A stretch of 21,499 nucleotides of DNA, taken from assembly GCA_049975265.1 (NCBI GenBank), contig JBNGDF010000002.1, forward strand, positions 132,944-154,442. Direction: 5' to 3'. The position numbers and the translations under genes are program-made. Under the pieces are notes generated by a model. That model was not told the DNA's origin. It searched no databases and was given only the letters and a program-made list of their open reading frames with translations. Below, one piece after another: positions 18,810 through 21,499 of this stretch (position 1 is its first letter; each line of letters starts with the position of its first letter). Source of the stretch: Fidelibacterota bacterium. GTDB taxonomy: Bacteria > Fidelibacterota > UBA2242.

Positions 18810-19603
18810 TGTACCCGCCCCCTCTGAAGCGTCGTTTGCGTGAAAACCTGATCGCTGATGGCGCCGTTATATTCTACTTTCCGTACCTCGATTTTGGTCT
18901 GGTGCGACTTGGCATAATTGTCCATAAAAAGCACATGACCGGTCCAGATGTTATCTACTTTGCGTACATCAGAAACAGTTAGTTCCTTCAGTAAAGCGTC
19001 ATTCTTATCGTAAAATTCCACTTTGACAATTACCCACTTTTCCGGCAACACCCAGCTGATTTTTTTGCTGTACAAATCATCCGCTCTCTTCGCAACCGAT
19101 TCAATCTTATAACACTCATCGCCATTCAAAAGCTCTTCTCCAAGCAGGGTATGGGTATCTTCATCGACGTTGCGATCGCCCATATCGTCATAGGTAAAAT
19201 CGGTGCCCATGAAGTAATCATTTTTACTCTCTCCGGCAATCCGGCGAATCCGCTTCAGCGCCGGCAGATAAAGCCAGCGATCCTCATCCTTTTCAGGATC
19301 GGTATAGCTCCACAACAGCAATCCGGTACCCCGGATATCCGCCGGGTAATTGAAAATAATCAGCGTTTTCTTATCTATCCCACCGGCACCGTCATAGCTC
19401 TTTTCGTACCGCATAACCTCTCTTTCACGAGTCTGCCCACGATTATTAATCAGCGTCATCTTCGTATCGTTGATCGCGGTCCTGACATCCCTCTGCTGGT
19501 CAACTTTCAGCATAATATCCCGACCGGTTAATTCCTCAGCAAAAACTGAAAAACTCATCGGAATCAGAACCAACATGGCAATTTGAGTCATTTTCAGTTT
19601 CAT
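18806..19603 (-). CDS. LolA-like periplasmic protein (outer membrane lipoprotein-sorting protein family)
   Basis: Start moved to ATG 19603, with RBS AAGGAG at 19611-19616 on the minus strand. Signal peptide, then LTGRDIM, MTLIN, FNYPADIRGTGLL, WLYLPALKRIRRI, FMGTDFTYDD. Confidence 0.9.
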   Translation of the reverse strand: MKLKMTQIAMLVLIPMSFSVFAEELTGRDIMLKVDQQRDVRTAINDTKMTLINNRGQTREREVMRYEKSYDGAGGIDKKTLIIFNYPADIRGTGLLLWSYTDPEKDEDRWLYLPALKRIRRIAGESKNDYFMGTDFTYDDMGDRNVDEDTHTLLGEELLNGDECYKIESVAKRADDLYSKKISWVLPEKWVIVKVEFYDKNDALLKELTVSDVRKVDNIWTGHVLFMDNYAKSHQTKIEVRKVEYNGAISDQVFTQTTLQRGRVQ

Positions 19604-19607
19604 AATA

Positions 19608-19964
19608 TCACTCCTTTTTTGTTTGATTTCGCTCAATTTCTGACGGACAGCGCCGGCACCAGATCAGCATCCCCGGCGGAGTCAGACCAATCGCCAGAAA
19701 AAAGGATTTGACAAAATTCTTTCGGTATCTGAATTCCGCAATGCCGGCAGCCTGCAGACAGATGATTACATAAACTACCAGAATGATACTGATGTTTTTT
19801 ACACAAAAATGCCAAAATCCAAGCCACCGATTGCTGTCCATTTGACCAATGGAACCGAGCCAGTCAACTACCCAAACACCCAGACTATAGAGCCAGTAAA
19901 GCAGGATTAGGGCAATCCCAATCATGATGATTCGGCTGATGTTCCGATCAATATCCCTTTTCAT
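19608..19964 (-). CDS. Hypothetical small membrane protein (2-3 TM)
   Basis: 118-aa ORF exactly fills the gap between the MMPL and LolA-like genes. Its ATG overlaps the MMPL stop (ATGA), and its 3' end carries the RBS of the next gene. Hydrophobic segments IIMIGIALILLYWLYSLGVWV and ISIILVVYVIICLQAAGIA. Confidence 0.7.
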   Translation of the reverse strand: MKRDIDRNISRIIMIGIALILLYWLYSLGVWVVDWLGSIGQMDSNRWLGFWHFCVKNISIILVVYVIICLQAAGIAEFRYRKNFVKSFFLAIGLTPPGMLIWCRRCPSEIERNQTKKE

Positions 19965-21499
19965 GACTTTACCCTCTTTTGCCTGAAAATAAAACCCGGT
20001 TGAATCGAGACCAGAATCGCCGGCATTACCGTTAACGCCCCTAAGAGGCAGGTAGCGATGGAAATTACGATCAGAAATCCGAAAAAGTAGATCGGCAGAA
20101 AACCCGACACGGTTAAGACCAGAAATCCGATAATTACCGAAAGGGCATTATAAATAATTCCTTTTCCACTCGTCAGCAAAGTTCTTTCCACCGCTTCCCC
20201 GGCACTGGCACCTTTGTGAACCTCCAGCCGGTAGCGGTAGATAAAATGAATAGTATAGTCAATTCCCACCCCAATCATGATGCTAGATATCATTACAGTC
20301 GCCATATTCAGCGTGATCCCGAAGAATCCCATCAGACCAAAAACCATAATAATCGCTGAACTCAACGGCACAATCGCCAGCAGTCCCCCCACCAGAGATT
20401 TAAAAAAGAGGGCACTGATCAAACAGACTAGGACGATGGAAAGAATCAAGCTTCTGATCTGTCCCTTGACAACCATATCCGCCAGTACAGATATAAAAGC
20501 CGCCATCCCGGTAATTGTCGAAAATTCAGCCTTGCTGAATTGCGTCTCAATATACCGGTTCGTTTCCTGATATATCCGGTGTATCTCTGTGGTGCTGGTT
20601 TCGCTTATTCGGGCAATAATCTGGGCTTTTTGATAATCATAATCCACCAACCTGTCCAGATCTTCCGGGTCGCCGGTCAGGCTATACAGAAACAGGTATT
20701 GAGCTACCATTTCCCTAGATTCCGGTATCCGTTCATAGACGGCGCTATCCCCGTGAAACGCCCTGTTCATTTTCTTAATCTGATCCACAATCGACGTGCT
20801 GTGGTTGATGGCGGCATGGGTATCCAGATAATTCGCCAGCTGATCCATCTTTGCCAGGAAATCCGGACTCTTGATATCACCTTCCGCCAGAATCATCAGC
20901 TGTGATGAACCACCAAAATTTTGATCAATTAATTCATTGCTCTTGCGAATCTCCGATGATTCACGAAAATAGAAAGTCGGATTGGTATCAACAACGATTT
21001 TCGGAATTCCCAGCGCCATCAGCAGGGTCGCACCAATGGAAACCAGCAGAAAAGAGCGCTTATGTTTAACGAAAAAAACGCCCCAGCGCTTTAAAAATCG
21101 ATCTGTCCGATCACTGTCAGGTCTGCGAATCAAGGTTACCGGATAATCCAGCAGCTTCAATGCCGCCGGGACAAAGGTAAGACTAAAGAAGAGGGCAACC
21201 GTAATGCCAATGGACACCATGATACCCAGCTCCCGAACAGCTGGCAAGACGTGGGATTGCAGACTGAGAAATCCTACCAGAGTGGTGACTCCCGCCAGGA
21301 AAACCGGCGTTCGCAACTGGACCAGTGTTGACTTAATCAGGTGGTGTTTTTCCCGTAATTCTCTCTGTTTGTATTCTGCAAAGTAATGCGCTACCAGATG
21401 AATGCTGTAGTCATTGGCAATGGCAATCAGCATCACGGGAATCATAATACCCAAAAAGTTCAGTTTCAAGCCCAGGAGTGCCATAAATCCCATGGTACA
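19961..21499 (-). CDS. MMPL/RND family transporter, 5'-truncated by the window edge
   Basis: The frame is open to the window end. Two repeats carry the RND/MMPL Asp-Tyr motifs IAIANDYSIH and IGVGIDYTIH, plus AGVTTLVGFLSL, FGGS periplasmic loop, and NALSVIIGFLVL...FFG...LPA-like TM pattern. Confidence 0.92.
   Translation of the reverse strand, partial: CTMGFMALLGLKLNFLGIMIPVMLIAIANDYSIHLVAHYFAEYKQRELREKHHLIKSTLVQLRTPVFLAGVTTLVGFLSLQSHVLPAVRELGIMVSIGITVALFFSLTFVPAALKLLDYPVTLIRRPDSDRTDRFLKRWGVFFVKHKRSFLLVSIGATLLMALGIPKIVVDTNPTFYFRESSEIRKSNELIDQNFGGSSQLMILAEGDIKSPDFLAKMDQLANYLDTHAAINHSTSIVDQIKKMNRAFHGDSAVYERIPESREMVAQYLFLYSLTGDPEDLDRLVDYDYQKAQIIARISETSTTEIHRIYQETNRYIETQFSKAEFSTITGMAAFISVLADMVVKGQIRSLILSIVLVCLISALFFKSLVGGLLAIVPLSSAIIMVFGLMGFFGITLNMATVMISSIMIGVGIDYTIHFIYRYRLEVHKGASAGEAVERTLLTSGKGIIYNALSVIIGFLVLTVSGFLPIYFFGFLIVISIATCLLGALTVMPAILVSIQPGFIFRQKRVKS

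Noticed and set aside
1..21499. CRISPR array, tRNA/rRNA, transposase/integrase, riboswitch or anti-phage defence genes
   Set aside because: Intergenic gaps are all under about 120 nt with no repeat-spacer or cloverleaf pattern, and none of the ORFs shows motifs of these classes.

Overview
Gene-dense window (roughly half G+C by eye) from a diderm bacterium. The gene styles suggest an FCB-type lineage such as Marinimicrobia, KSB1 or Calditrichota, but that is inference only. Three blocks are present. (1) 1-5997 (+): a small membrane protein, a DUF2905 protein, a short-type AMP nucleosidase, a WG-repeat protein, an exported START-domain protein, a porin-like beta-barrel, and an M14 zinc carboxypeptidase fused to a shrunken, apparently non-catalytic amidohydrolase domain. 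(2) 6024-17406 (+): a sigma70-like promoter driving a tightly packed signalling operon. It encodes a TonB-dependent receptor, a YfiR-family periplasmic protein, a YfiN-like CHASE8-HAMP-PAS sensor with a HisKA-HATPase-REC-REC-HPt output, a REC-kinase and a REC-4xPAS-kinase-REC hybrid. The main sensor kinase is broken just before its H-box by an apparent out-of-frame deletion (about 10850-10870). (3) 17520-21499 (-): a convergent MMPL/RND transporter (5' end outside the window), a small unknown membrane protein, a LolA-like protein and a DUF1302-like outer-membrane barrel. The best candidate for a poorly described system is the receptor-YfiR-kinase trans-envelope phosphorelay. I found no rRNA, tRNA, CRISPR array or transposase. 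All family assignments come from motif recognition, not from database searches.
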